NCBI GenBank assembly: GCA_048463395.1
Contig: DBFWPL010000025.1
Span: 9,545-73,544, forward strand
DNA: 64,000 bases
Origin: Alphaproteobacteria bacterium
Lineage (GTDB): Bacteria; Pseudomonadota; Alphaproteobacteria; RF32; CAG-239
Direction of reading: 5' to 3'
Of the stretch, positions 39,462 to 48,966 are shown piece by piece (position 1 is the stretch's first letter; every line of letters begins with the position of its first letter). Under the pieces are notes generated by a model. The model was not told the origin of the DNA. It was given only the letters and a program-made list of their open reading frames with translations, and searched no databases. Made by a program: the position numbers and the translations under genes.

Positions 39462-39752
39462 CTAATTGATTTTTAATGTAGAGAGTTTTTGTCCGGATAT
39501 GGTGTCAAAAATTATGATACGGTCGGATTCTCCGCCGCCTTCTATATGAATATATAAATGTCCGTTTTGTTCAACCATATTTTTAACGAAACTGCCTTGA
39601 GGTTCCTGCAGGTTGATTTGCCGGGGGAGAGGTTCCGTTTTCTTTTGATTTTTCCGGTACAGAGAACCTAAAAGCATAAGACTTCCGAAAATCAGTGCAA
39701 AAGTCAAAACAAAAACGGTTGTTTTCACTAATCTCAGTTTGTCCATCATCAA
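39462..39752 (-). CDS. Small membrane-anchored protein
   Basis: A 96-aa protein with an N-terminal signal-anchor. Confidence 0.4.
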   Translation of the reverse strand: MMMDKLRLVKTTVFVLTFALIFGSLMLLGSLYRKNQKKTEPLPRQINLQEPQGSFVKNMVEQNGHLYIHIEGGGESDRIIIFDTISGQKLSTLKIN

Positions 39753-39833
39753 TTCCTTGCAAATTATGTGATTATCTGTATTTTAATATTGATTTGGTAA
39801 CTATATGGTAAATTTTTTGATTTTAAATTAAAG

Positions 39834-40811
39834 ATGGAAGAAACGGAACAGAACATATTTTTTACAGAACCGGTATCTGCGGAAGAAAAAGGGAGCCGTT
39901 TGGATAAATATCTGGCTTCGGTTGTTCCGGGAATGTCTCGTTCCCGGATTCAAAATTTGATAGAAAACGGTTATGTTTCCCGTGATGATGACATTATCTC
40001 CGATAATTCCTTTAAGGTAAAACTTGAAGATGTTTACCAAATTTTTATTCCGGCGGCTGAGGAAGCAGAGCCTGAGCCTGAAGACATTCCGTTAGATGTC
40101 GTTTATGAAGACAATGACTTGATTGTTGTAAACAAGCCTGCCGGTATGACGGTTCATCCGGCACCGGGAGCTTACCACGGGACATTGGTAAACGCATTGT
40201 TGTATCATTGCCGGGACAATTTGTCTGGAATCGGCGGGGTAAAACGTCCGGGGATTGTTCATCGTATTGATAAAGATACCAGCGGTTTGTTGGTTGTGGC
40301 TAAAAATGACGCGGCACATCATGGTTTAAGCGAGCAATTTTTTGAGCATTCTATCGAAAGAACCTATTTTGCCGTTGTTTACGGTGTTCCGAATCCGATG
40401 TCCGGACGGATAGAGGCCAATATCGGTCGAAGTCTGTATGACCGCAAAAAAATGGCTGTTCTTCAGGGAAAAGGAAAGCCCGCAGTTACGCATTACAAGA
40501 CTATAAAGAGTTTTGGAGGAGCGGCTTCTTTAATCCAATGTAATCTGGAAACCGGCCGGACTCATCAGATTCGCGTCCATATGTCCAGTATTGGGTGTAA
40601 TTTGATTGGAGATCAGGTGTATTCCAAGGCTAAAAAGTCATCTTTGAAGTTTGGCAATGATGATGTGAAAAACTATGTTAACAATTTTCCCCGTCAGGCT
40701 CTTCATGCTGCGTCTTTAGGGTTTGTTCATCCCGTAACCGCTGAAAAACTTCAGTTTTCATCTGATTTTCCTGCGGATATTCAAGAACTTTTAGATAAGC
40801 TGGTGTTCTAA
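39834..40811 (+). CDS. rluD: 23S rRNA pseudouridine synthase, RluA/RluD family
   Basis: An S4-like N-terminal domain is followed by the catalytic motif (HRIDKDTSGLLVVAK) and a C-terminal HQIRVH motif. Confidence 0.85.
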   Translation: MEETEQNIFFTEPVSAEEKGSRLDKYLASVVPGMSRSRIQNLIENGYVSRDDDIISDNSFKVKLEDVYQIFIPAAEEAEPEPEDIPLDVVYEDNDLIVVNKPAGMTVHPAPGAYHGTLVNALLYHCRDNLSGIGGVKRPGIVHRIDKDTSGLLVVAKNDAAHHGLSEQFFEHSIERTYFAVVYGVPNPMSGRIEANIGRSLYDRKKMAVLQGKGKPAVTHYKTIKSFGGAASLIQCNLETGRTHQIRVHMSSIGCNLIGDQVYSKAKKSSLKFGNDDVKNYVNNFPRQALHAASLGFVHPVTAEKLQFSSDFPADIQELLDKLVF

Positions 40812-40939
40812 TTTTCCGATACCTGAAAACTAAAAAAACTGCACCAATTTGTAAATATTTGTGGTAAGTTACAACCAATAGATGGGTGCGAACCCTCAAT
40901 TTATTTTTGCAGTCAAATTGTATTTTAGGAGAATTTAAA

Positions 40940-41815
40940 ATGGACAATGTATCTTCTCTAAATGGACTTGACTTTTCGCCGGAAATTAATTTGGTGAGAT
41001 ATTTACAAAGTATCAGAAAATATCCGATACTTTCTTCTGAAGAAGAATATGAATTGGCAATGGCTTATAAACAGTCAAAGGATGCAGACATTGCTTCCAA
41101 ACTGGTAACTTCCCATTTGCGTCTTGTAGTTAAAGTGGTTTCTAAATATAAAGGATACGGACTTCCTGTCAGTGAAATGATCAGCGAGGGAAACATTGGT
41201 CTTCTGTATGCGGTTGATAAGTTTGATCCGGAAAAAGGTTTTCGTTTTTCAACTTATGCTCTGTGGTGGATTAAGGCTTCTATCCAGAAATATATTCTCA
41301 ATTCCTGGTCTCTGGTTAAAATCGGAACAACAGCTGCTCAGAAAAAGCTCTTTTTTAATCTGAGAAAAATTAAGAACAAACTTAACCTGACGGATGATCG
41401 TGATTTGTCAAATGCGGTGCTGAATGATATTGCTCAGTTTTTGGATGTCAGTGTTCAGGAGGTGACGGATATGAATATGCGTTTGCAGTCTCATGACGGT
41501 TCATTGAACTCGGTTATTGACGCTTCTTCCGAGAGCGGTTCTGAGTGGATTGATTTTATTTCTGACAACAAACCTAATCAGGAAGATGTACTGGCTTATT
41601 CCGAAACGATGGTACGCCGCCGCCGGATGTTTAATCAGGCTCTGGGATGTCTGAATCCGAGAGAAAAGGATATTTTGTTTAAGAGACGTCTTGGCGACAA
41701 AGCCGTTACGCTTGATGATTTGAGCAAAACTTATGCCATCTCCAAAGAAAGAGTGCGTCAGATTGAATTGAACTCAATCAAAAAAATCAGGAAGGCTGTT
41801 GAGGTTATGCAATAA
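40940..41815 (+). CDS. rpoH: RNA polymerase sigma-32 factor RpoH
   Basis: The translation contains the RpoH box-like stretch (QRKLFFNLRK) and sigma-70 regions 2 and 4. The tool ORF starts at 40886. The ATG at 40940 is preceded by AGGAG. Confidence 0.85.
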   Translation: MDNVSSLNGLDFSPEINLVRYLQSIRKYPILSSEEEYELAMAYKQSKDADIASKLVTSHLRLVVKVVSKYKGYGLPVSEMISEGNIGLLYAVDKFDPEKGFRFSTYALWWIKASIQKYILNSWSLVKIGTTAAQKKLFFNLRKIKNKLNLTDDRDLSNAVLNDIAQFLDVSVQEVTDMNMRLQSHDGSLNSVIDASSESGSEWIDFISDNKPNQEDVLAYSETMVRRRRMFNQALGCLNPREKDILFKRRLGDKAVTLDDLSKTYAISKERVRQIELNSIKKIRKAVEVMQ

Positions 41816-41818
41816 ATC

Positions 41819-41850
41819 AAAAAAAATCCCCGAATTTCGGGGATTTTTTT
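41819..41850. terminator. Bidirectional intrinsic terminator after rpoH
   Basis: The sequence is AAAAAATCCCCGAATTTCGGGGATTTTTTT. The stem ATCCCCG/CGGGGAT is flanked by an A-run and a T-run. Confidence 0.7.
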
Positions 41851-42355
41851 AGTTCTCTTTTTCAGAGTGTTTGTTGACTATTTCCGTTCCCCATTCTTCA
41901 GCAAGTTTTTCCAACTTGGCATCAATGGTTTTGAGCCTTTTCTGAGCGGAAATTTTGGAAATGAATACAAAGAAATTCGGTAATTCGCAATAAATAATCA
42001 ACCCGATGGCGGCAGAACCAAACATGATAATCAGATTAAATATATTGCTGATTAAGAACAGAGCGTGGTCAACCGTGAAATTGTTGATAATATTTAAGAT
42101 ATACATAAACACGCCGGAGAGGTTAAAACCTCCGATAATAATAAGCTTGTTGGTGTTTTTGACATCGGTAATCGATACGGTCAGTGTCGGCAGCATACCG
42201 ATAAAGATAACGATAATGGCCGGCAGCATGCTTATTGTTGCGATGATTAATCCGAAAAGCAGCAGTATTTTTTGAGGAAAAGACAGCACGCTGTAAGCGG
42301 ATTTATTCTTTTTAGTTTGTTTTCTTCCGGGTATTCTGCTCATTGTCCGGCCCAC
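41849..42355 (-). CDS. Hypothetical membrane protein
   Basis: A 168-aa protein with about 4 TM helices. It overlaps the kinase-like gene upstream by 16 nt, so the two are probably an operon. Confidence 0.5.
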   Translation of the reverse strand: MGRTMSRIPGRKQTKKNKSAYSVLSFPQKILLLFGLIIATISMLPAIIVIFIGMLPTLTVSITDVKNTNKLIIIGGFNLSGVFMYILNIINNFTVDHALFLISNIFNLIIMFGSAAIGLIIYCELPNFFVFISKISAQKRLKTIDAKLEKLAEEWGTEIVNKHSEKEN

Positions 42356-44391
42356 CAGATTATTATGTTAAATACAAAAGAAGCGGTCATTGCAAAAACG
42401 GCCAGAACGGAAGCAAAACGTAAAGCCGTATTGTGAGCCTCTTCATCAAATTTGTGGCTGCTGTTTAAAATTTTGTTTTTTTCGTTGAGCAGATGGTTTG
42501 CATCGTTTATGGCTTTGGCGTAGTCAATACGGTCTTTCTGCCGGGCGTCTTCATCCTCAAGAATTTCGCAAATTTCAAAAAGTTTGCCGTTTTTGTTGAT
42601 TTTAAGTAATTTTCTTTCCAATGTTTTTTGGAATTTCAAGTTATGGTAGCTTTTAATGATTTTCATTGAACTGTTTATCAGCCATTTGGCCAGATTAGGC
42701 AGTTTTGCCGGTCCGAACTTGTTCTGCATGTTCGTATAAAGACGCAGAATGGCACCGGCTTGGAGTTCCTCTCTGTTGGTATTTAAATCGGTTATGATTC
42801 CGTCGATTTTTTTACCCATCTTGCATCTGAGATAAGCGATGATTGTCTTGTCAAAAGGCGGGGATGTTACCTGTTTGGAGGCGTAAGTATGATCCAGAGC
42901 CCTGAGAACCCGTGCGGCACTATTTACGAACTCGTCTCCGAGGAGAGGGCTGATGCAAGGCAGATCTTCGTCAAAATCGTACATAATACGATCAATGCCG
43001 TAGCCTAAATCTTTTCGGTTAATATAGGCTTTAAATTCGGCGGCATTAGCCGGTGATCTCATGTTTTCCTGTTCCTGATACCATAGTTTGATTAAATCGG
43101 AGGAAAACAGATCGTAAAACGGTTTTATGTCGTTTCCGCTTTTGAGGGTATAAAAAATCGCTTTCGGTGTTCCGTCGGGAAACAAGGTTATGTCTTTGAG
43201 TTTTATCGGAAGCTGAGGAGCAATAAGGATGCAGATTTTTGAAACAATGGTTTCTTCATTGGCTGTGTTTTCGATATTTCCACTGAGAAGTTTTTCGGTT
43301 TTTGCGGCCAGATTTTCATTTTCGAGGCCGTTTTTTATCCAGTCAAGCACTTTGCCGTTTCTGATTAATTCAAAAGCTTCATTGGGGTGATTTTGCATAG
43401 CAACGGCAACGTCGCGAGCCGTGTATACTTTTTCTCCGTTGATTGTCAGCGATTTTTTCGGACGGTCGGAGAATGGGGTTGAACTTGCTGCGGAGCCTAG
43501 TTTTCCTTCAAGAAGATTGTAGGCCTGAATATATCCCAGCCGTTGTTCTTGATTGTCATTTAACAATCCTTTGAAAATCGGGTGCAATTGGTTGGAAACT
43601 TTTTCTTCGCCCAAAAGTGCCAGAAAACTGCCTTTTTTCATTTTAAGCCTTAAGATTTCCGGGGTACTTAACTCGCTGAGAGGGGTGTGTCCGAGGTAGA
43701 GACTCAGAGCAACGACGCCAATAGCATAGATGTCGTTTTTTTCAGAACCGTTTCCTCTGCCTTCTTTTAAAGACAACAGGCTTTCAATTGTTTCAAATAC
43801 GGGAGGCTGATTAAATGCGGGGAATGTTGCCAGACAGTCTCCAAGCACAATTTCTTTTTTATCTATGGAACGATAATATATGTTGTCCGTACGAATGGCT
43901 CGATGGGTAATGTTATAGCCTTTCAGAACTTCGGAAGCGGATAGAAGGTTAAGTATAATGGTTTTCAGCTGATCCGGATGGTTTTTAAATTCGGCGGCAG
44001 AGATTTCGTTTTCAAAAACTTTTCCTCCTAACGGCGTTTTGTAGATAAGGGCCATATTTCTGGAGTTTTTTGGCGGCGTTGTAACCGTTCCGTATTCAAC
44101 CAGTTTCATTATATAAGGGTTGTCTATGGATTTGATGTATGGAAGGAAAGAGCTTCGCGGAGCGGTGATATTGTTGCAGATTAAGGCAAAGAGTTCTTTT
44201 TTCTCGTCAATTTTGTCTTGTACCTTATAGGCTTTGGCTCCGTTATTGTCCAGCCATGCCAAAGGTGTTGAAAAATCGATTTCGTATCTTTCTTTCAACA
44301 CATATTTATTATCTTTAACAGCGGTAAGGGCTTCTGTCGGGGCGGTTTCAGGAGTTGCTTCCTGCGGTGTATTTTCTTCATCGTCAGCCAT
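42340..44391 (-). CDS. Protein kinase-like domain protein with a C-terminal TM anchor; catalytic motifs degenerate, possible pseudokinase
   Basis: The catalytic-loop-like stretch ITHRAIRTDNIYY has HRA where HRD is expected. The activation segment is DCL rather than DFG. The motif DIYAIGVVALSLYLG resembles kinase subdomain IX, and a C-terminal hydrophobic helix is present. Confidence 0.5.
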   Translation of the reverse strand: MADDEENTPQEATPETAPTEALTAVKDNKYVLKERYEIDFSTPLAWLDNNGAKAYKVQDKIDEKKELFALICNNITAPRSSFLPYIKSIDNPYIMKLVEYGTVTTPPKNSRNMALIYKTPLGGKVFENEISAAEFKNHPDQLKTIILNLLSASEVLKGYNITHRAIRTDNIYYRSIDKKEIVLGDCLATFPAFNQPPVFETIESLLSLKEGRGNGSEKNDIYAIGVVALSLYLGHTPLSELSTPEILRLKMKKGSFLALLGEEKVSNQLHPIFKGLLNDNQEQRLGYIQAYNLLEGKLGSAASSTPFSDRPKKSLTINGEKVYTARDVAVAMQNHPNEAFELIRNGKVLDWIKNGLENENLAAKTEKLLSGNIENTANEETIVSKICILIAPQLPIKLKDITLFPDGTPKAIFYTLKSGNDIKPFYDLFSSDLIKLWYQEQENMRSPANAAEFKAYINRKDLGYGIDRIMYDFDEDLPCISPLLGDEFVNSAARVLRALDHTYASKQVTSPPFDKTIIAYLRCKMGKKIDGIITDLNTNREELQAGAILRLYTNMQNKFGPAKLPNLAKWLINSSMKIIKSYHNLKFQKTLERKLLKINKNGKLFEICEILEDEDARQKDRIDYAKAINDANHLLNEKNKILNSSHKFDEEAHNTALRFASVLAVFAMTASFVFNIIIWWAGQ

Positions 44392-44504
44392 AGTGAGTTC
44401 TTTCTTCGTAACTTATTATTTTAGTGTATTTTATGTAATAAGGGTTAACAAAGAGCAAATATTTTATTAATAGTTTTTTAAAATAAAGAGTTTTATGATT
44501 CTTT

Positions 44505-45647
44505 ATGAAAAATCAAGGAAGTTTAAATATGGAAGATAAGATGACAGCGGATGGCAGAGGAGAGGGATTACGGCGATTTTTGGAAGGACGACCTCAAGCA
44601 GGGGAGGGGTATGTAATCGGAACGGGTATTTTAAAAAAGGCTCCGGAATTTAACATTGATCTCTCGGCCTTGGAAATTCCGGAACAGGAACAGACAAAAC
44701 TGACGGTTTTGGAGCAAAGTGTGAGAAAAGAGGATTCTCCTCTGGAAGATATTCCGGTGCAGACGTTTCTTTCTAATATTGATGTCAGCCTGAAAGATAT
44801 TATCGACAAGGTGTTTCGTGATTCGACGCGACCGATTGTCATTATTCGTGACGATAGGGTCGAATATGCCAATAAGACTTTTTTGCAGTTGTTGGGATTA
44901 AACGGCGAAAGCGATGTTCTCAATGAGAGATTTTTGAAGTTTGTTTTCAAAGAAGATTGGAATCTTTTGGCCGAAAATATCGGAGAAATGCTTACAAACG
45001 GCAAGAATTTATCTATTCGTTTGAGAACATCGGAAAATAAAATTACAAAAGTTGGGTTTTCTGCTGTTTATGTACAAGACAACCAGCATTTCAGCTTTAT
45101 TTTGGTCGGAGAGCAGCTTTTGCAGAAAAAAGTGTCTGCGGTTTCCGGATTTTATGACAGTGTAACGGGATTGCCGAATTTTTATTTGTTGGAAGACAGG
45201 ATACAAGTGGCGGTTAATAATGAAAATTATAAGGATGTCCGCCAAAAAAGAAATATGATAGCCTTGTTGGGTATTGCGATAGACAATTATGCGGCTTTGA
45301 AAACGATCGGAATGCATGAACTGGTGTTGAAGAAACTGGCGGAAAAACTGGCTCTCAGCCTGAAAAAAACTTATACGGTGGCCAGTGGTTTGAAGTATCA
45401 GTTCTGGGTCTTGATTCCCGAAGTTCAGTCCAGTGCGGATATGAATGTGGAAATTCAAAAGATTAAAGCAATTTTTGATGAGCCGGTGGCCGACAATTTT
45501 ACGGAACATCAAGTTGTGGCAAGTATTGGCGTGAGTGTTTTTCCGGATCCGGCTACTTCAGCCAAAAAGTTGATTGAACAAGCGATTATGGCCGTTAGAA
45601 AAGCCCAGAAAGACGGCGGCAACAGAGTAATCCTGTTTGGAGTTTAA
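44505..45647 (+). CDS. PAS domain protein with a degenerate GGDEF domain
   Basis: An N-terminal PAS fold is followed by a GGDEF-family domain in which the signature is replaced by SGLKY. Confidence 0.65.
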   Translation: MKNQGSLNMEDKMTADGRGEGLRRFLEGRPQAGEGYVIGTGILKKAPEFNIDLSALEIPEQEQTKLTVLEQSVRKEDSPLEDIPVQTFLSNIDVSLKDIIDKVFRDSTRPIVIIRDDRVEYANKTFLQLLGLNGESDVLNERFLKFVFKEDWNLLAENIGEMLTNGKNLSIRLRTSENKITKVGFSAVYVQDNQHFSFILVGEQLLQKKVSAVSGFYDSVTGLPNFYLLEDRIQVAVNNENYKDVRQKRNMIALLGIAIDNYAALKTIGMHELVLKKLAEKLALSLKKTYTVASGLKYQFWVLIPEVQSSADMNVEIQKIKAIFDEPVADNFTEHQVVASIGVSVFPDPATSAKKLIEQAIMAVRKAQKDGGNRVILFGV

Positions 45648-46387
45648 GCGAGTTCAAACAGGCTTTTCCCTTCGCGAAGAATGGCGTAAGCCGTGTCAGT
45701 ATAGCCGCCGTCGGCAGTATGTACGGTTAACCCCGGAAGTATCTGTGTCGGGGCTTTTGAATCTTTTTGGGCGATAATCATCACTCTTTTAGCGTTTTGT
45801 CCGACTTTGGAATAGAGCGGAATAACATGGATGTTTCCTGCTTTTCCGCGGATTTCTCCGAGAATGTAATCAAGGGCTTCAGCTCGGTTAATCATGTAGA
45901 GTTTGCCCTGCGGACGGAGCATTTTAATACAAAATTTTATCCATTCACTTAAGGTTTGTCCGTTGTGGTTGTGTGCCAACGCTTTCCCTTGGTTGGGAGA
46001 CGGCATGTCGTGCTCTGTGTAAGGCGGATTGCTTATCACCTTGTGAAAACTGCAGTTTTCAAGCGGAATTTTGTTTTTTATATCGGCATTTATATAGTTA
46101 AGAAAAGTGTTGAAACCGTTTTCTTTGGCACTGAGATTGGAAAGTTCGGCCAGTTCCGGCTGAAGTTCAAGACCGGTAATTTGCGGTTCTAATTCTTTCA
46201 GGCGTTCGGCCAGACAGAGAGAAATCGCACCGGTTCCGGAGCCGACATCCAAGATTTTTTCCCCTTTTTTTATTCCGGCGACAAGAGCCGAGAGAATAAC
46301 AGCATCTGTTGATGCCCGATAACCGTTTACGGGTTGAAAAATTTTAATGCGTTTGTTGAGCAGATAGTCTTGGGTATAGTTTTGCAT
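45644..46387 (-). CDS. SAM-dependent N6-adenine methyltransferase, tRNA1(Val) m6A37 methyltransferase (YfiC/TrmN6)-like
   Basis: A SAM-binding motif (DVGSGTGAISL) and the NPPY motif (ISNPPYTEHD) are present. Confidence 0.7.
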   Translation of the reverse strand: MQNYTQDYLLNKRIKIFQPVNGYRASTDAVILSALVAGIKKGEKILDVGSGTGAISLCLAERLKELEPQITGLELQPELAELSNLSAKENGFNTFLNYINADIKNKIPLENCSFHKVISNPPYTEHDMPSPNQGKALAHNHNGQTLSEWIKFCIKMLRPQGKLYMINRAEALDYILGEIRGKAGNIHVIPLYSKVGQNAKRVMIIAQKDSKAPTQILPGLTVHTADGGYTDTAYAILREGKSLFELA

Positions 46388-46465
46388 AAAGCTTATTTTC
46401 CAATTGTTTCTTTGCTGAATTTGCTTTAAGATAACTTAAATTTTTTAGGAAAGGAAGAGAAAATT

Positions 46466-47281
46466 ATGAAAACATTGATTGGTATTCCGGCTCGTTACGG
46501 TTCAACGCGTTTTCCGGGAAAACCTCTGGCTAAAATCGCCGGAAAGGAAATGTTGCTCCGGGTTTGGGAGAATGCTTTGCAGGCTGCTTCCAAATTTGAA
46601 AGCTGCGAAGCCGTTGTGGCTACGGATGATAATCGGATTATGGATTTTTGTAAGACCAACGGTATTCGGGCGGTGATGACTTCTCCCGATTGCCCGACCG
46701 GTACCGATCGTATTGTTGAGGCTGCCGACAGTTTTGCCGACAAACCTGAGTTTGTCGTTAATCTTCAAGGCGATAACCCGATTTGTCCGGCTTGGTTTGT
46801 CGAGGCTGTTATTGGCGAATATTATAAAGACAATAACGTAGAGACAGTTACTCCGGTTGTGAATTTGAAATGGGCGGAGCTGGATAATTTGAGAGAACAT
46901 AAAAAAGTTACGCCGTTCAGCGGTACGACAGCTGTTTTTGACAATAACGGAGACGCCTTCTACTTTTCCAAAAACATTATTCCGGCTATCCGCAAAGAAG
47001 ACAAAGTTCGGGAGAAAGGTGAATTTTCTCCGGTTTACAGACAAGTCGGGCTTTATGGTTATCGCTATGATATTTTGAAGAAAATTGCCAAACTTCCGGA
47101 AGGTGTTTATGAAAAACTGGAAGGTTTGGAGCAATTGCGTTGGATTGAAAATCACATTAAAGTCAGATGTGTTAAGGTTGATTATCGCAATTTTGACAAG
47201 ATGGCCGCTTTGTCAGGTGTTGATTCACCGGAAGATGTGGCAAGGGTTGAGGCTGTTCTCAAAGAATATAACTTACTTTGA
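46466..47281 (+). CDS. kdsB: 3-deoxy-manno-octulosonate cytidylyltransferase (CMP-KDO synthetase)
   Basis: The N-terminus is IPARYGSTRFPGKPL and the fold is the nucleotidyltransferase type. Length is 271 aa. Confidence 0.85.
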   Translation: MKTLIGIPARYGSTRFPGKPLAKIAGKEMLLRVWENALQAASKFESCEAVVATDDNRIMDFCKTNGIRAVMTSPDCPTGTDRIVEAADSFADKPEFVVNLQGDNPICPAWFVEAVIGEYYKDNNVETVTPVVNLKWAELDNLREHKKVTPFSGTTAVFDNNGDAFYFSKNIIPAIRKEDKVREKGEFSPVYRQVGLYGYRYDILKKIAKLPEGVYEKLEGLEQLRWIENHIKVRCVKVDYRNFDKMAALSGVDSPEDVARVEAVLKEYNLL

Positions 47282-47410
47282 TTTTCTATGGAAAGCTAAA
47301 GCAATATATAAAATCAAAGTTGCGAGAGGAATGGGAAACTGAAGCAATTTTACGAAAATCACTATAACTGTTGAGAAACAGCCCAAATTTAAGGAAAAGG
47401 AAGTTTTGAC

Positions 47411-48061
47411 ATGACAACCAGAATTATCATAGCTAGACACGGCAATACGTTTACCAAAGACCAGACACCGACCCGGGTGGGCGGACGGACGGATCTTCCT
47501 CTGGTGGAAACAGAACGCGGCACGAATGTCGGCCTGTATTTAAAAATGAAAGGGCTGGTTCCCGATATGGTTTATGCGGCACCGCTGAAAAGAACCATGG
47601 AAACGGCTAAACTGGCTATTGCGGCAATGCAAAAGAATATTCCTTTGGAAGCAGACGCTTCTTTTGTGGAGATTGATTATGGTCCGGATGAAAACAAGCC
47701 GGAAGAAGAGGTTATTGCCCGTATCGGTCAGGATGCGATGGATCGTTGGAATAAGGATGCTGTTGTTCCGGATGGTTGGAAGGTTTCCGTGGATGGGATT
47801 ATTAACGCTTGGAAAGCTTTGGGTGAAAAAGTTGAGAAACAATTTAAAGACAAGACGGTTATGGTGGTTTCCAGTAACGGAATTATCCGTTTTGCTCCGC
47901 ATTTGACCGGAGATTTTGACGGCTTTTGTCGGGATAATGACATCAAAGTCGGTACCGGCGGTGTTTGTATTCTGGAAAAAGAAACCGGAGAGAAATATTG
48001 GAAATGCACCGCTTGGGGCGTTAAACCTAAAAAGGAATTGGAAGCCGCAGGTTTGCTTTAA
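47411..48061 (+). CDS. Histidine phosphatase family protein
   Basis: An RHG motif (IIARHGNT) is present. Length is 216 aa. Confidence 0.7.
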   Translation: MTTRIIIARHGNTFTKDQTPTRVGGRTDLPLVETERGTNVGLYLKMKGLVPDMVYAAPLKRTMETAKLAIAAMQKNIPLEADASFVEIDYGPDENKPEEEVIARIGQDAMDRWNKDAVVPDGWKVSVDGIINAWKALGEKVEKQFKDKTVMVVSSNGIIRFAPHLTGDFDGFCRDNDIKVGTGGVCILEKETGEKYWKCTAWGVKPKKELEAAGLL

Positions 48062-48062
48062 T

Positions 48063-48096
48063 AAAAAAATCCCTCTCAACCGAGAGGGATTTTTTT
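48063..48096. terminator. Bidirectional intrinsic terminator
   Basis: The sequence is AAAAAAATCCCTCTCAACCGAGAGGGATTTTTTT. Confidence 0.7.
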
Positions 48097-48116
48097 AGGA
48101 TGTCATATTTTGAAGA

Positions 48117-48947
48117 TTATTGGTATGTACCGTCTTGGTTACTAAATGAGGAACCTACGGGGGCCTGACTACAGTCAATGGTGGTAACTGACTTAAGTTT
48201 TCCGCTGTCTAACACCAACATAATACCGGCATTGTATCCTAAACTTTTGCTGTCTGCATGTGCGACGTTATCAGCGGAACCTTGTAAGTTTATTCCCATA
48301 AAAGTGTCTTTGAAGGTGGTATTTGATGTCGGGCAGTCAGTGCTATCCGGACTAATGACAACAACAGCATATCCCACATTCAGCATAGCGGTATAAAAAT
48401 CAACGGCGGAGTTGGGATCGGATGGTTTTAAATTTTGTTGACAATATTTACCGCCAATAATAAGAACGCTCTTGTTCTCGTTTAAATTCCAAGTTCCGGA
48501 GCCAAGGAGACCTTGGTCTCGGGCGGCATAGCTGAAGATGTCCTGAAGGCCAAAACCGTTGTCTTTCTTTTCACATTTGTTTTGGGCTTCAAGAAAAGCG
48601 GTTGGAATCATTCCGCTGTTGGCACATTTTCTACACCAGGTAGGAGACATGGCGGCACAAGCCTCAAGAGTTACGGACCAAGGGATTTTGTCTGGACGAA
48701 GAGTTCCTGTCGGGCAGGTTTCCGGTTGTGGGTCAATAGGATCAGGACACCAATAAGCACCGGAGTCAAACGGACAAATCAAACTTTTTCCAGGAGTGGT
48801 TGGGCATAGTTTGGCGTTATAAATAAAACCAAGACTTTCACAAGTCGGTTGAGAACCGCAAGTTTGAGCTGATGCGGTTGAGTTTGGCAAGGAGAAAACA
48901 AGTGCTAAAAGGCCCAGCTTTGCATATTTTTTAAAGTTCTCATTCAT
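48117..48947 (-). CDS. Secreted cysteine-rich protein, function unknown
   Basis: A signal peptide is followed by many Cys residues arranged as C..C/CP motifs. The gene is adjacent to, and co-oriented with, two other Cys-rich secreted proteins. Confidence 0.55.
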   Translation of the reverse strand: MNENFKKYAKLGLLALVFSLPNSTASAQTCGSQPTCESLGFIYNAKLCPTTPGKSLICPFDSGAYWCPDPIDPQPETCPTGTLRPDKIPWSVTLEACAAMSPTWCRKCANSGMIPTAFLEAQNKCEKKDNGFGLQDIFSYAARDQGLLGSGTWNLNENKSVLIIGGKYCQQNLKPSDPNSAVDFYTAMLNVGYAVVVISPDSTDCPTSNTTFKDTFMGINLQGSADNVAHADSKSLGYNAGIMLVLDSGKLKSVTTIDCSQAPVGSSFSNQDGTYQ

Positions 48948-48966
48948 TGTTTTTTCTCCTTAAAAG

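Noticed and set aside
46495-47155. Minus-strand ORFs 46495..46743 and 46502..47155 opposite kdsB
   Set aside because: They are antisense to a confidently identified KdsB frame.
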